From an uncultured Christensenella sp. (lineage in GTDB: Bacteria; Bacillota; Clostridia; Christensenellales; UBA3700): a stretch of 64,000 nt of DNA. Where the stretch lies: assembly GCA_949298505.1 (NCBI GenBank), contig CASFWW010000023.1:1801-65800 (forward strand). Direction: 5' to 3'. The translations under genes were made by a program, and so were the position numbers. Under the pieces are notes generated by a model. That model saw only the letters and a list, made by a program, of their open reading frames with translations. It did not search any database and was not told the DNA's origin. Shown in pieces: positions 14,284 through 22,950 of this stretch (its first letter is position 1; each line of letters starts with the position of its first letter).

Positions 14284-15378
14284 ATGTTATTGAAAGAAGG
14301 TCAGATAAGGATCCCGTCGGGTTGTGCGGTTTCCGCGGTCATATCCCGAAGCGGCGAACTGATGAGCGGCGAAAAAATCGTCGCCAGCATGGTCCCGATG
14401 CACGAACGCTCAAACGGACTGGGCGGCGGCTTCGCAGGTTACGGGATATACCCGGATATGGCGGAGTTTTACGCCTTTCATATGTTTTTCGAAAACAGAG
14501 AAAGCCAGAAACAGTGCGAAGCTTATCTTAAAGAAGGCTTCGAGATAGTAAAAGCGGAGCCCATGCCGGTGCGCAAGACCCCGGCGATAACGGACGAACC
14601 GATAATATTCAGATATTTCCTGTCTCCTCTCCGCTCACGTATAGCCGACGCGCAGGTGGACGAACGCGAATTCGTCGCGCGCGCGTCAATCCATATAAAC
14701 GTATGCATAAAAGGCGCTTACGTGGTTTCGGGCGGAAAGAACATGGGCGTGTTCAAGGCGGTGGGCTTCCCGGAAGACGTCGGAGAGTTTTACCGCCTGG
14801 ACGAATATTCCGCTTACTGCTGGACGGCGCACGGCAGGTACCCGACCAACACACCCGGCTGGTGGGGCGGCGCACACCCGTTCGGGCTTCTCGATTACAC
14901 GGTCGTCCACAACGGCGAGATATCTTCTTACGACGCAAACCGCAGATATATCGAAGGATACGGATATAAATGCACCTTGCAGACAGATACCGAAGTTTTC
15001 ACTTATATCGCCGATTACCTTATCCGCAGAAAGGGGCTTACTCCTGAAGAGACGGCTAGCGTCATCGCCGCGCCGTTCTGGTCGACGATAGAAAACAAAC
15101 CGCCCGTGGAAAGAAAAAAACTGACCTATCTCAGAAACGTATTTTCCGGACTGCTCGTCACAGGTCCGTTCTCGATAATACTCGGATTCACGGGCGGACT
15201 TATGGCGCTCAACGACAGACTCAAACTCCGTTCCATGGTCGTTGCGGATAAGGACGACAGAGTTTTCATCGCAAGCGAAGAAGCGGCGATCAGGGTCATG
15301 GAGCCCGACGCTGCGAACGTGCGCGCACCCGAGGGCGGCGAACCCGTCGTAGTAAGAGTTGAGGAGGGCAGATACTGA
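14284..15378 (+). CDS. Class II glutamine amidotransferase, amidotransferase subunit of a split glutamate synthase (GltB1-like)
   Basis: SGCAV, ERSNGLGGGF, AHGRYPTN, GAHPF, VHNGEISSY, TDTEV, DRLKLR. Confidence 0.88.
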   Translation: MLLKEGQIRIPSGCAVSAVISRSGELMSGEKIVASMVPMHERSNGLGGGFAGYGIYPDMAEFYAFHMFFENRESQKQCEAYLKEGFEIVKAEPMPVRKTPAITDEPIIFRYFLSPLRSRIADAQVDEREFVARASIHINVCIKGAYVVSGGKNMGVFKAVGFPEDVGEFYRLDEYSAYCWTAHGRYPTNTPGWWGGAHPFGLLDYTVVHNGEISSYDANRRYIEGYGYKCTLQTDTEVFTYIADYLIRRKGLTPEETASVIAAPFWSTIENKPPVERKKLTYLRNVFSGLLVTGPFSIILGFTGGLMALNDRLKLRSMVVADKDDRVFIASEEAAIRVMEPDAANVRAPEGGEPVVVRVEEGRY

Positions 15379-16883
15379 TGCAGACAGATTATATATATCC
15401 GACTTACGAAGTCGTAAGAAACGACCGCAGATGCAACTGCTGCGGACTGTGCGTACGCGAATGTTCGTACGGCGTGCACTACCGCTCGGAAGACGGCAGA
15501 TTCGTCTTGTCCGACGACTCAAAATGCGTGAACTGTCAGCGTTGCGTAGCGACCTGCCCGTCTCACGCGTTGAAGATAGTAAAAAGCAACTGCGATTTCA
15601 GAGAAAACGCGAACTGGTCGGGAGACTCGATCAAGGAGATAATGAAGCAAGCCGGAAGCGGCGGCGTGCTGCTCTCTTCTATGGGCAATCCTCAGCCGTA
15701 CCCGGTTTACTGGGATAAACTTCTGATCAACGCGTCGCAGGTCACCAACCCGCCGATAGATCCTCTGAGAGAGCCCATGGAGACGCGCGTTTTCCTGGGA
15801 AAGAAACCTTCTGAAATAGCGAGAGACGAACACGGGCAGCTGATTTCTGATCTTCCGCCACGTCTTACGCTGGAACTTCCGATACTCTTTTCTGCAATGA
15901 GTTACGGCTCTATCAGCTACAACGCTCACGCGGCGCTCGCCGGCGCGGCGACAGAGCTGGGCACCTGCTACAATACGGGCGAAGGAGGTCTGCACGAGAA
16001 CTTTTACCGCTACGGCGCGAACACGATCGTACAGGTTGCTTCCGGCAGATTCGGCGTGCACAAAGACTACCTCGAAGCGGGCGCGGCTATTGAGATAAAA
16101 ATGGGTCAGGGCGCAAAGCCCGGCATCGGCGGTCACCTGCCCGGTTCAAAGATAGTCGGCGACGTGTCGCGCACCAGAATGATACCCGAAGGCTCGGACG
16201 CGATATCCCCCGCTCCTCACCACGACATATATTCGATAGAAGACCTCCGTCAGCTCGTGTTCTCGCTGAAAGAAGCGACCGGATACAAAAAACCCGTCAT
16301 CGTCAAGATAGCCGCAGTGCATAACGTTGCCGCGATAGCCAGCGGCATAGCGAGAAGCGGCGCGGACGTCATCGCGATCGACGGTTTCAGAGGCGGCACC
16401 GGCGCGGCTCCTACGCGTATCAGAGACAACGTGGGCATACCCGTAGAACTCGCTCTCGCCGCAGTCGACACGAGGCTCAGAGACGAAGGCATAAGAAACG
16501 ACGTCTCGCTTATAGTCGGCGGAAGCATACGAAATTCGACAGACGTAGTCAAAGCCGTCGCTCTCGGTGCGGACGCCTGCTATATCGCGACCGCCGCCCT
16601 TATCGCGATGGGCTGCCATATGTGCAGAAACTGCCAGAGCGGCAAATGCAACTGGGGTATAGCGACCCAGAATCCCGAACTCGTAAAACGTCTCGACCCC
16701 GAAGAAGGTCGCCGCCGCTTAGTCAATCTGCTGACGGCATGGAAACACGAGATAACCGAAATAATGGGCGGCATGGGCATCAACTCGATAGAAGCGCTAC
16801 GAGGCAACAGGCTCATGCTTCGCGGTATAGGGCTTACCGAAAAGGAACTTTCCGTACTCGGCGTAGCTCACGCGGGAGAATAA
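15378..16883 (+). CDS. Glutamate synthase FMN-binding subunit with N-terminal 2x[4Fe-4S] domain (GltB2-like)
   Basis: Two CxxCxxCxxxC motifs, AMSYGS, NTGEGG, QVASGRFG, EIKMGQGAKPGIGGHLPG, SPAPHHDIYSIEDL, CHMCRNCQSGKCNWGIAT. Confidence 0.92.
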   Translation: MQTDYIYPTYEVVRNDRRCNCCGLCVRECSYGVHYRSEDGRFVLSDDSKCVNCQRCVATCPSHALKIVKSNCDFRENANWSGDSIKEIMKQAGSGGVLLSSMGNPQPYPVYWDKLLINASQVTNPPIDPLREPMETRVFLGKKPSEIARDEHGQLISDLPPRLTLELPILFSAMSYGSISYNAHAALAGAATELGTCYNTGEGGLHENFYRYGANTIVQVASGRFGVHKDYLEAGAAIEIKMGQGAKPGIGGHLPGSKIVGDVSRTRMIPEGSDAISPAPHHDIYSIEDLRQLVFSLKEATGYKKPVIVKIAAVHNVAAIASGIARSGADVIAIDGFRGGTGAAPTRIRDNVGIPVELALAAVDTRLRDEGIRNDVSLIVGGSIRNSTDVVKAVALGADACYIATAALIAMGCHMCRNCQSGKCNWGIATQNPELVKRLDPEEGRRRLVNLLTAWKHEITEIMGGMGINSIEALRGNRLMLRGIGLTEKELSVLGVAHAGE

Positions 16884-16923
16884 TCCGTTATTCCGTAGTC
16901 AAATCCAAAGGAGGTATGTTATA

Positions 16924-17646
16924 ATGATCGTATTAAACGCGCGTGCGACCGACAACGCCGCACTTAACGAAATGATAAGAAGCTCGAAAGAAGATTGCGA
17001 AATAGTCGGATGCCTGGGCGAGAGATTTATCGGCGCCGGACTTGCGGACAGGACCCTGACGCTAAAAGGCATCCCCGGCAACGCGCTGGGCGCCTACCTC
17101 GACGGCGCGAAAATATACGTTGAGGGAAACGCGCAGGATGCCGTCGGCGACACTATGAACGGCGGCGAGATCGTGATAAACGGAAGCGCAGGCGACGCGC
17201 CGGGATACGCTATGCGCGGAGGCAAGATCTATATTAAAGGCAACGCGGGCTACCGCGCCGGCATCCATATGAAAGAATACGACGGCAAATTCCCCGTCAT
17301 GATAATCGGCGGCAGATGCGGCAGCTTTATGGGAGAATACCAGGCTGGCGGGCTTATAATCGTGCTGGGGCTCAACGACGACGGCAAACGCATAGTCGGA
17401 AACTTCCCCTGCGCGGGCATGCACGGCGGCAAGGTGCTTCTGAGAGGAAACGCGGAGGGCGTGAATTTTCCGGGCAAAGTCACTGCAAAAACCGCCACCT
17501 GCGAAGATATGCTCGCAGCCGAAGGTTATATAAAAGAGTTCTGCGCCGCGTTCGGCATGGACGAAAACGAGGTGCTCTCTTCTCCGTTCACGGTCGTGAC
17601 CCCGGACAGCGCGAACCCGTACAAACGCATGTATGTAGAAAACTAA
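16924..17646 (+). CDS. Glutamate synthase C-terminal GXGXG beta-helix subunit (GltB3-like)
   Basis: Repeated G..M.GG.I.I.G motifs (MNGGEIVING, MRGGKIYIKG, GEYQAGG, MHGG). Confidence 0.88.
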   Translation: MIVLNARATDNAALNEMIRSSKEDCEIVGCLGERFIGAGLADRTLTLKGIPGNALGAYLDGAKIYVEGNAQDAVGDTMNGGEIVINGSAGDAPGYAMRGGKIYIKGNAGYRAGIHMKEYDGKFPVMIIGGRCGSFMGEYQAGGLIIVLGLNDDGKRIVGNFPCAGMHGGKVLLRGNAEGVNFPGKVTAKTATCEDMLAAEGYIKEFCAAFGMDENEVLSSPFTVVTPDSANPYKRMYVEN

Positions 17647-17661
17647 CACAAAGGTGATATC

Positions 17662-18873
17662 ATGAAATATACGTCAAGCGAAGTTCTTCAATACGTCAGA
17701 GAGGAGGACGTAAAGTTCATCCGTCTCGCGTTTACCGACGTCTTCGGAAATCAGAAAAACATCTCGGTGATGCCCGCCGAACTCGACCGCGCATTCAGGT
17801 TCGGCATAGCCATCGACGCGTCAGCCATCGCCGGTTTCGGCGACGTGGCTCACAGCGATCTTTTCCTGCACCCCGACCCGTCCACTCTTACGGTACTGCC
17901 GTGGAGACCGGAACACGGCAAGGTTGTCAGGATGTTCTGTTCCGTGCTCTGCCCTGACGGCTCCCCGTTCGTAGCGGATACGCGCGGCATACTTATCAAA
18001 GCGGTCGAAGCGGCTAAGAAAAAAGGCTATTCCTTCAACTTCGGCACAGAAATGGAATTTTATCTGTTCAGGCTTGACGAACACGGCTATCCCACGAAAA
18101 TACCTTATGACAACGCAGGCTATATGGACGTCGCTCCTTTAGACAGAGGCGAAAACGTACGGAGGGAGATCTGCCTTACCTTAGAGCAGATGGGCATCAT
18201 GCCCGAAGGCTCTCACCACGAGGAAGGTCCCGGGCAGAACGAGATAGACTTCCGCTACTCCGACGCTCTGACAGCCGCAGACAATGCGGTGACTTTTCGC
18301 TCCGTAGTGCAGACGATCGCGGCAAGGAACGGGCTTTTCGCCGACTTTTCAGCCAAGCCGCTCGCGGACGAACCGGGCAACGGTCTGCATATAAACGTGT
18401 CCGTAGACGGCGCGAAGCACGAGGAGACGATCCCTTTCGTGATTGCGGGCATACTCGATAAGATACGCGATATCACCGTATTCCTCAATCCGACAAAAGA
18501 CTCTTATGCGCGCCTTGGCAACAACAAGGCTCCCCGCTATATCTCATGGTCGGGCGAAAACCGCTCTCAGCTGATAAGGATCCCCGCAGCCGTCGGCGAA
18601 TACAGACGTGCGGAACTTCGCTCCCCCGACTCTCAGGCAAATCCTTACCTCGCGTTCGCCCTTATGATATACGCGGGACTGTACGGCATTGAAAACAAAC
18701 TGCCGCTACCCGCGCCCGCGGACATAAATCTGTATACCGCAGATAAAAAAACGCTTGAAAAATTCGCGACCATCCCCTCGGGACTCAACGAGGCGGTCGA
18801 GGCGGCAAAGACGAGCGACTTCGTTTCTCTCTGCCTGCCATCAGAAGTGATCGCGGCGTACTGCAAAAGCTGA
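17662..18873 (+). CDS. Glutamine synthetase type I-like protein, shortened, with active-site changes
   Basis: VKFIRLAFTD, GTEMEFYLF, HHEEGPGQNE, LHIN, NRSQLIRIP, RAELRSPD. 403 aa; the usual GYEAP flap reads GNNKAP. Confidence 0.85.
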   Translation: MKYTSSEVLQYVREEDVKFIRLAFTDVFGNQKNISVMPAELDRAFRFGIAIDASAIAGFGDVAHSDLFLHPDPSTLTVLPWRPEHGKVVRMFCSVLCPDGSPFVADTRGILIKAVEAAKKKGYSFNFGTEMEFYLFRLDEHGYPTKIPYDNAGYMDVAPLDRGENVRREICLTLEQMGIMPEGSHHEEGPGQNEIDFRYSDALTAADNAVTFRSVVQTIAARNGLFADFSAKPLADEPGNGLHINVSVDGAKHEETIPFVIAGILDKIRDITVFLNPTKDSYARLGNNKAPRYISWSGENRSQLIRIPAAVGEYRRAELRSPDSQANPYLAFALMIYAGLYGIENKLPLPAPADINLYTADKKTLEKFATIPSGLNEAVEAAKTSDFVSLCLPSEVIAAYCKS

Positions 18874-18908
18874 CGGCAAATCGCATCCGACATATCCGGA
18901 GGGAGACA

Positions 18909-19493
18909 ATGGACTTTAAAGAACGTGTTTACAGCGTACTTACTGTTTCTGACGGAGAGAAGTTTTCCGCTTCTCTTTCTCCTTTGCTCCCCGAAAGAAC
19001 CTTTTCACCGGTGATAAGGGTGTCCGACTCCGCGACCGCAAAGCGCGCGATGCTTGAAAGAGAGTACGATATCGTGCTTATCAACGGCACCCGCGCCGAC
19101 GACCGCGCCGCAAAACTCGCGATAGACGTCTGCACGGACAAAGGCTGCGTCGCCATACTCTTCGTCAGGCGCGAGCTGTATGCGGAAATATACGCAAAAG
19201 TGTCCGACTTCGGCGTGCTGACTCTTCCCCTCCCGTCCTCCCCCCAGATGGTTGTCCAGGCGCTTGACTGGGCGCGCGCGACCAGAGAACGTATGCGCCG
19301 CTACCAGAAATCCGCACAGACCGTCGAACAGAAAATGGAGGAGATCCGCATCGTCAACAGGGCGAAGTGGCTGTTGATCGACGTCCTCAAAATGACCGAA
19401 GCCGACGCTCACCGCTACATAGAAAAACAGGCGATGGACAGATGCGTTTCAAAACTCGAAGTCGCAAAAGGCATCCTGAACACTTACAAATGA
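18909..19493 (+). CDS. ANTAR-domain antiterminator with a pseudo-receiver domain (AmiR/NitR-like)
   Basis: C-terminal IVNRAKWLLI...MTEADAHRYIEKQAMD ANTAR signature; N-terminal REC-like fold with YDIVLIN. Confidence 0.9.
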   Translation: MDFKERVYSVLTVSDGEKFSASLSPLLPERTFSPVIRVSDSATAKRAMLEREYDIVLINGTRADDRAAKLAIDVCTDKGCVAILFVRRELYAEIYAKVSDFGVLTLPLPSSPQMVVQALDWARATRERMRRYQKSAQTVEQKMEEIRIVNRAKWLLIDVLKMTEADAHRYIEKQAMDRCVSKLEVAKGILNTYK

Positions 19494-19775
19494 CCACAAA
19501 ACGCTGCGCCGCGTTTCATCGTATATCAGCTTTCCTTTTCCGGTATCCCGTTTCAGAGGATCGTCTTTTACAACTTTTCAAAAATATCACGCAGATCGGG
19601 CTTGAGCCGGAAGGCGGAAATATATCTGTCCTTACCGTCCGGCAAATCAATTTTTCAATCTCGAATAAACAGCCTTTTATTTAAAGTATTTTTATAAAGT
19701 CACGCCTTTCGTTTGCACACAGGCGCGCGCCGTGCTATCATATTGTTTGCCGCAAATTGCGGAAAATGAGGGAGT

Positions 19776-20600
19776 ATGCGTTTCAAATACGGTTGCAGGG
19801 ACGGAATTCCGATCATGCTGGGATATCTCACCGTTTCGTTCACCTTCGGAGTCGGTTGCGTTGCGAAAGGCTTCGCCTGGTGGATGCCCCTTTTATGCTC
19901 TTTCACCAATTTTACCGGCACGGGTCAGTTCGCCGGCATGGATCTCATCGCCGCAGGCGGAAGCGTCGCGGAACTCGTCGCCGCTATGCTGGTGATAAAT
20001 GCGCGCTATGCGCTTATGGGCATTTCCCTTTCTCAGAAACTGGAACCCGGAACGGGACTCGGACAAAGGCTTCTGATCGCATTCGGGCTTACCGACGAAA
20101 ATTACGCCGTTTCCATGCGACAGCCGCGCGACGTCTCCTTTTCTTATTTCATGGGAGTGTCTCTCACCGCTTTCGTCGGCTGGGTGAGCGGGACCCTGCT
20201 AGGAGCGCTTGCCGGCAACATACTGCCCGAAAGTCTTTTAAGCGCGTTCGGCATCGCCCTCTACGCGATGTTCATAGCCATCGTCGTTCCCCCTTGCCGC
20301 ACGTCCAAGGCAGTCATGACCGTAGTTCTGACTGCGATAGCGCTGAGCTGTCTTTTCTACTATGTTCCCGGGCTCAATAAGCTTTCTTCAGGCTGGTCGA
20401 TAATAATATGCGGCATTGCGTCCGCTTTTGTCGGCGCGGTATTCTTTCCCGTCAGACAGGACGGAGAAAACGGCGGAAAGCCTGCCGACGGCGTTGTGTT
20501 CGGCGGCGACGCAAAAAGCGAAAACGTTGAAAAAGCGGATACGTATCGGCAAAATCAGGGTGAAGCGACAAAAAACTGCGCCTCGGGAGACTGCAAATGA
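19776..20600 (+). CDS. azlC: AzlC-family branched-chain amino acid export permease
   Basis: G.PI.LGY...SFTFG, FTGTGQF, NARY, LTDE, hydrophobic helices. Confidence 0.88.
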   Translation: MRFKYGCRDGIPIMLGYLTVSFTFGVGCVAKGFAWWMPLLCSFTNFTGTGQFAGMDLIAAGGSVAELVAAMLVINARYALMGISLSQKLEPGTGLGQRLLIAFGLTDENYAVSMRQPRDVSFSYFMGVSLTAFVGWVSGTLLGALAGNILPESLLSAFGIALYAMFIAIVVPPCRTSKAVMTVVLTAIALSCLFYYVPGLNKLSSGWSIIICGIASAFVGAVFFPVRQDGENGGKPADGVVFGGDAKSENVEKADTYRQNQGEATKNCASGDCK

Positions 20601-20914
20601 ACGTGTTTGAAGTCGTATGGAAAATCGCTCTTATGGCAGGGCTGACATACCTTTGCCGCGTCGTCACTCTCGTTCTCGTCCGCAAGAAGATAACCAACGT
20701 GCGCGTGCTTTCCTTCTTCGAATATCTGCCGTACGGCGTGCTCAGCGCAATGGTCTTTCCCGCCGTCTTCTACTCTTCGGCAAGTCTGATATCCGCTCTT
20801 ATAGGCACAGCGGTGGCAGTCGTGCTTTCCTTCTTCAGACGCGGACTTCTGACCGTCGCGCTTTCTGCAACAGCCGCAGTCTTACTGACCGAACTCATCG
20901 TCTCTCTTATCTGA
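20597..20914 (+). CDS. azlD: AzlD-family small membrane protein
   Basis: TYLCR and YLPYGVLSAM motifs; ATGA overlap with azlC. Confidence 0.85.
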   Translation: MNVFEVVWKIALMAGLTYLCRVVTLVLVRKKITNVRVLSFFEYLPYGVLSAMVFPAVFYSSASLISALIGTAVAVVLSFFRRGLLTVALSATAAVLLTELIVSLI

Positions 20915-21073
20915 TGAGAAACGGGCAAGCCTGAGCCTCCTGAAATTTCACTCATCGCTACATCTCATCTTTTCGCCCGATCCAAAGACCGGGTTTTTCA
21001 GACCGTGATCTGTCAATCAGGCTGCGCTTTCAAGGCTATCTCTCTGTTGTTTGCTGACGCACAGTCCGGATAT

Positions 21074-21099
21074 AAAAAAACGGACGGCAAAGCCGTCCG
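21074..21099 (-). terminator. Intrinsic terminator of the DUF1508 gene
   Basis: CGGACGGC-AAA-GCCGTCCG with an A7 run on the plus strand (U-tract on minus). Confidence 0.75.
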
Positions 21100-21118
21100 C
21101 GTATCAACAGTGATTTAA

Positions 21119-21526
21119 TTACTTATAGTCCTCTTCCGATACCATGTCCGCGCCGGGCGCCCATTTAGCAACGCTGGCTATACCCGCCTTGCAGCTCGCT
21201 TTGGTCGCATAACCGCCTTCCGAAATGCACAGCAGATTGCCGTTGTTGGCTTTCAGACGGTAACGGAACTTGCCCTGTTTGTCAACGTATATCTCGTACT
21301 TGGGGTTGGTGAGCGTCTCGTAACCGCGCGCGAGAGTCTGATCCTCGATCTTCTCTGTCGCGCAGAATTTGCGGACTGAATCAATGCCCGCCTTGCAACT
21401 TTTCAGATCTGAATATGCACCTTCGCATACCGCTATGGTCTCTTTGTTGGGAGCCTTGAGTCTGAAATTGAAATTGCCCTTTGCCGTCTTTGAATAGACG
21501 AAAGTACCTTTGAGTTCGTATGCCAT
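21119..21526 (-). CDS. YegP/DUF1508 tandem-domain protein
   Basis: Two repeats of F.FRLKA.N.E.I..SE..Y....SCKAGI.SV. Confidence 0.85.
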   Translation of the reverse strand: MAYELKGTFVYSKTAKGNFNFRLKAPNKETIAVCEGAYSDLKSCKAGIDSVRKFCATEKIEDQTLARGYETLTNPKYEIYVDKQGKFRYRLKANNGNLLCISEGGYATKASCKAGIASVAKWAPGADMVSEEDYK

Positions 21527-21607
21527 AAAATTCTTCTCCTTTATCTCTCCGACCTTAATCGGAACGCTTACTCTGAGTTTATCTCAAACCCGTCCCACAA
21601 CAATTAA

Positions 21608-21636
21608 ATTATAATCGCAATTGATCCGCGTGTCAA
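21608..21636 (-). promoter_or_regulatory. sigmaA promoter of the DUF1508 gene
   Basis: TTGACA-17 nt-TATAAT. Confidence 0.75.
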
Positions 21637-21900
21637 CACCCGCCTTGGATAAACGCATCCCGGACAAGGTTATTTTGCTTAAATTTTACAATATCGGCAG
21701 ATCTGCCTCCTGCAAAGAAAACAACCGGAAAGATTCCCGTTTATGAACGGAAAAAATAAACAAAGCGGCTTAAAAGCCGCCTTGCTTATGAGAAAGAAAG
21801 TTTTACGCCCATATTATAAGGGATAGTAGTGTTTGGTTGTCTTTCATGCCTTCGCGTCGCCGGGAGCGTGAACAGGTCACGCCCCGTCGGTTTGACGCGC

Positions 21901-22827
21901 TTACCCGATGTCGGTTGAGCTTGCATGCACGGTTACTAACGCATTTGCGTCTGCAAGGAGTACGTTGTTGTAATTCTTTGCGAATACTTTGTATCCGATA
22001 CTCACGGAAGACGCCGCCTCTATCTTGTCGACTATCTCTGCGTCGGTCACGATGAGGCACAACTGCTTGCCGGAATACTTGCCCTCTTCGCTGAAGCTGA
22101 AAGAACCGAATCCGTAAGTTCCCTTTTCAGCGTCGAAAGAAGCGAACTTGTACTCGCCCGAAGCGAGGGTTATCTCCTCATTGTCTACGGTAAGCTTTAT
22201 CTCGTGATTGAAGGTGACGCCCTTGACAACTTTGTCCGCGGGGCATATCGGGCTGATGTTGAACACGTATCCGGCGTAACTGCTCTGCGTGCTCCTGACC
22301 GCGGTGTCACCTATTGTCAGAGAATAAGCCGTCGTCTTGTCCGTCAATTCGCTTTCGCAGATCAGCTGACCGTTATAGTCGGGAGCAACGAAGCTTATCT
22401 TTCCGACCACGTTGAGCGTACTTGCCGCGACGTACTCGGGATTGGTTATCTTGACGTAAAACTCGTAGTTCACCGGCATGAAGTAGTCGAAGAACAGATT
22501 GTCAAGCTTTACTTCTTCGCCGTTCACGAGCGTATACAGATAATAATCGTCCGCAGTCAGCGTCGCGACCACGCCTTCCTTATCGGCAAGTTCCACGACT
22601 ATTTCTGCGTTGATACCGCTGCCGTACTGGTCCGCGCGGCTTATCACGACTTTGAAGTTGTCCGCTTCTTCCGCGGTAATGTCGGCTTTATATCCGGGTA
22701 CGACCGCGTTTTCGCTGACGTTGAACAAGTACTTCACGGAAACGTTTGCCTTGTAAAGTACCGTTACCTCGTAAGTGCCGGATTCAGCGAAGGACACGTT
22801 GATGCCGTTGAACAAATTCTTCGGCAC
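21901..22827 (-). CDS. Hypothetical beta-rich protein, possibly a 5'-truncated remnant of a surface protein
   Basis: 308-aa ORF with protein-like composition; GTG start with no clear RBS and no signal peptide; begins with an Ig-like GTYEVTV segment. Confidence 0.55.
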   Translation of the reverse strand: MPKNLFNGINVSFAESGTYEVTVLYKANVSVKYLFNVSENAVVPGYKADITAEEADNFKVVISRADQYGSGINAEIVVELADKEGVVATLTADDYYLYTLVNGEEVKLDNLFFDYFMPVNYEFYVKITNPEYVAASTLNVVGKISFVAPDYNGQLICESELTDKTTAYSLTIGDTAVRSTQSSYAGYVFNISPICPADKVVKGVTFNHEIKLTVDNEEITLASGEYKFASFDAEKGTYGFGSFSFSEEGKYSGKQLCLIVTDAEIVDKIEAASSVSIGYKVFAKNYNNVLLADANALVTVHASSTDIG

Positions 22828-22950
22828 GTCAGAGGTCTCTCTTCTGCCTTTCTTTCAGTTGTCTGGGCAGATCTTTCCGATCAAGCACAAAAAGTTGCTT
22901 GCTCCAAAAAAATCCATAAAATTTTTAACAGGAAATTTGTGTCAAACTTT

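Noticed and set aside
17647-17661. CACAAAGGTG before the GSI-like gene as a third ANTAR site
   Set aside because: No 3-bp closing stem and no terminator; explained as the RBS.
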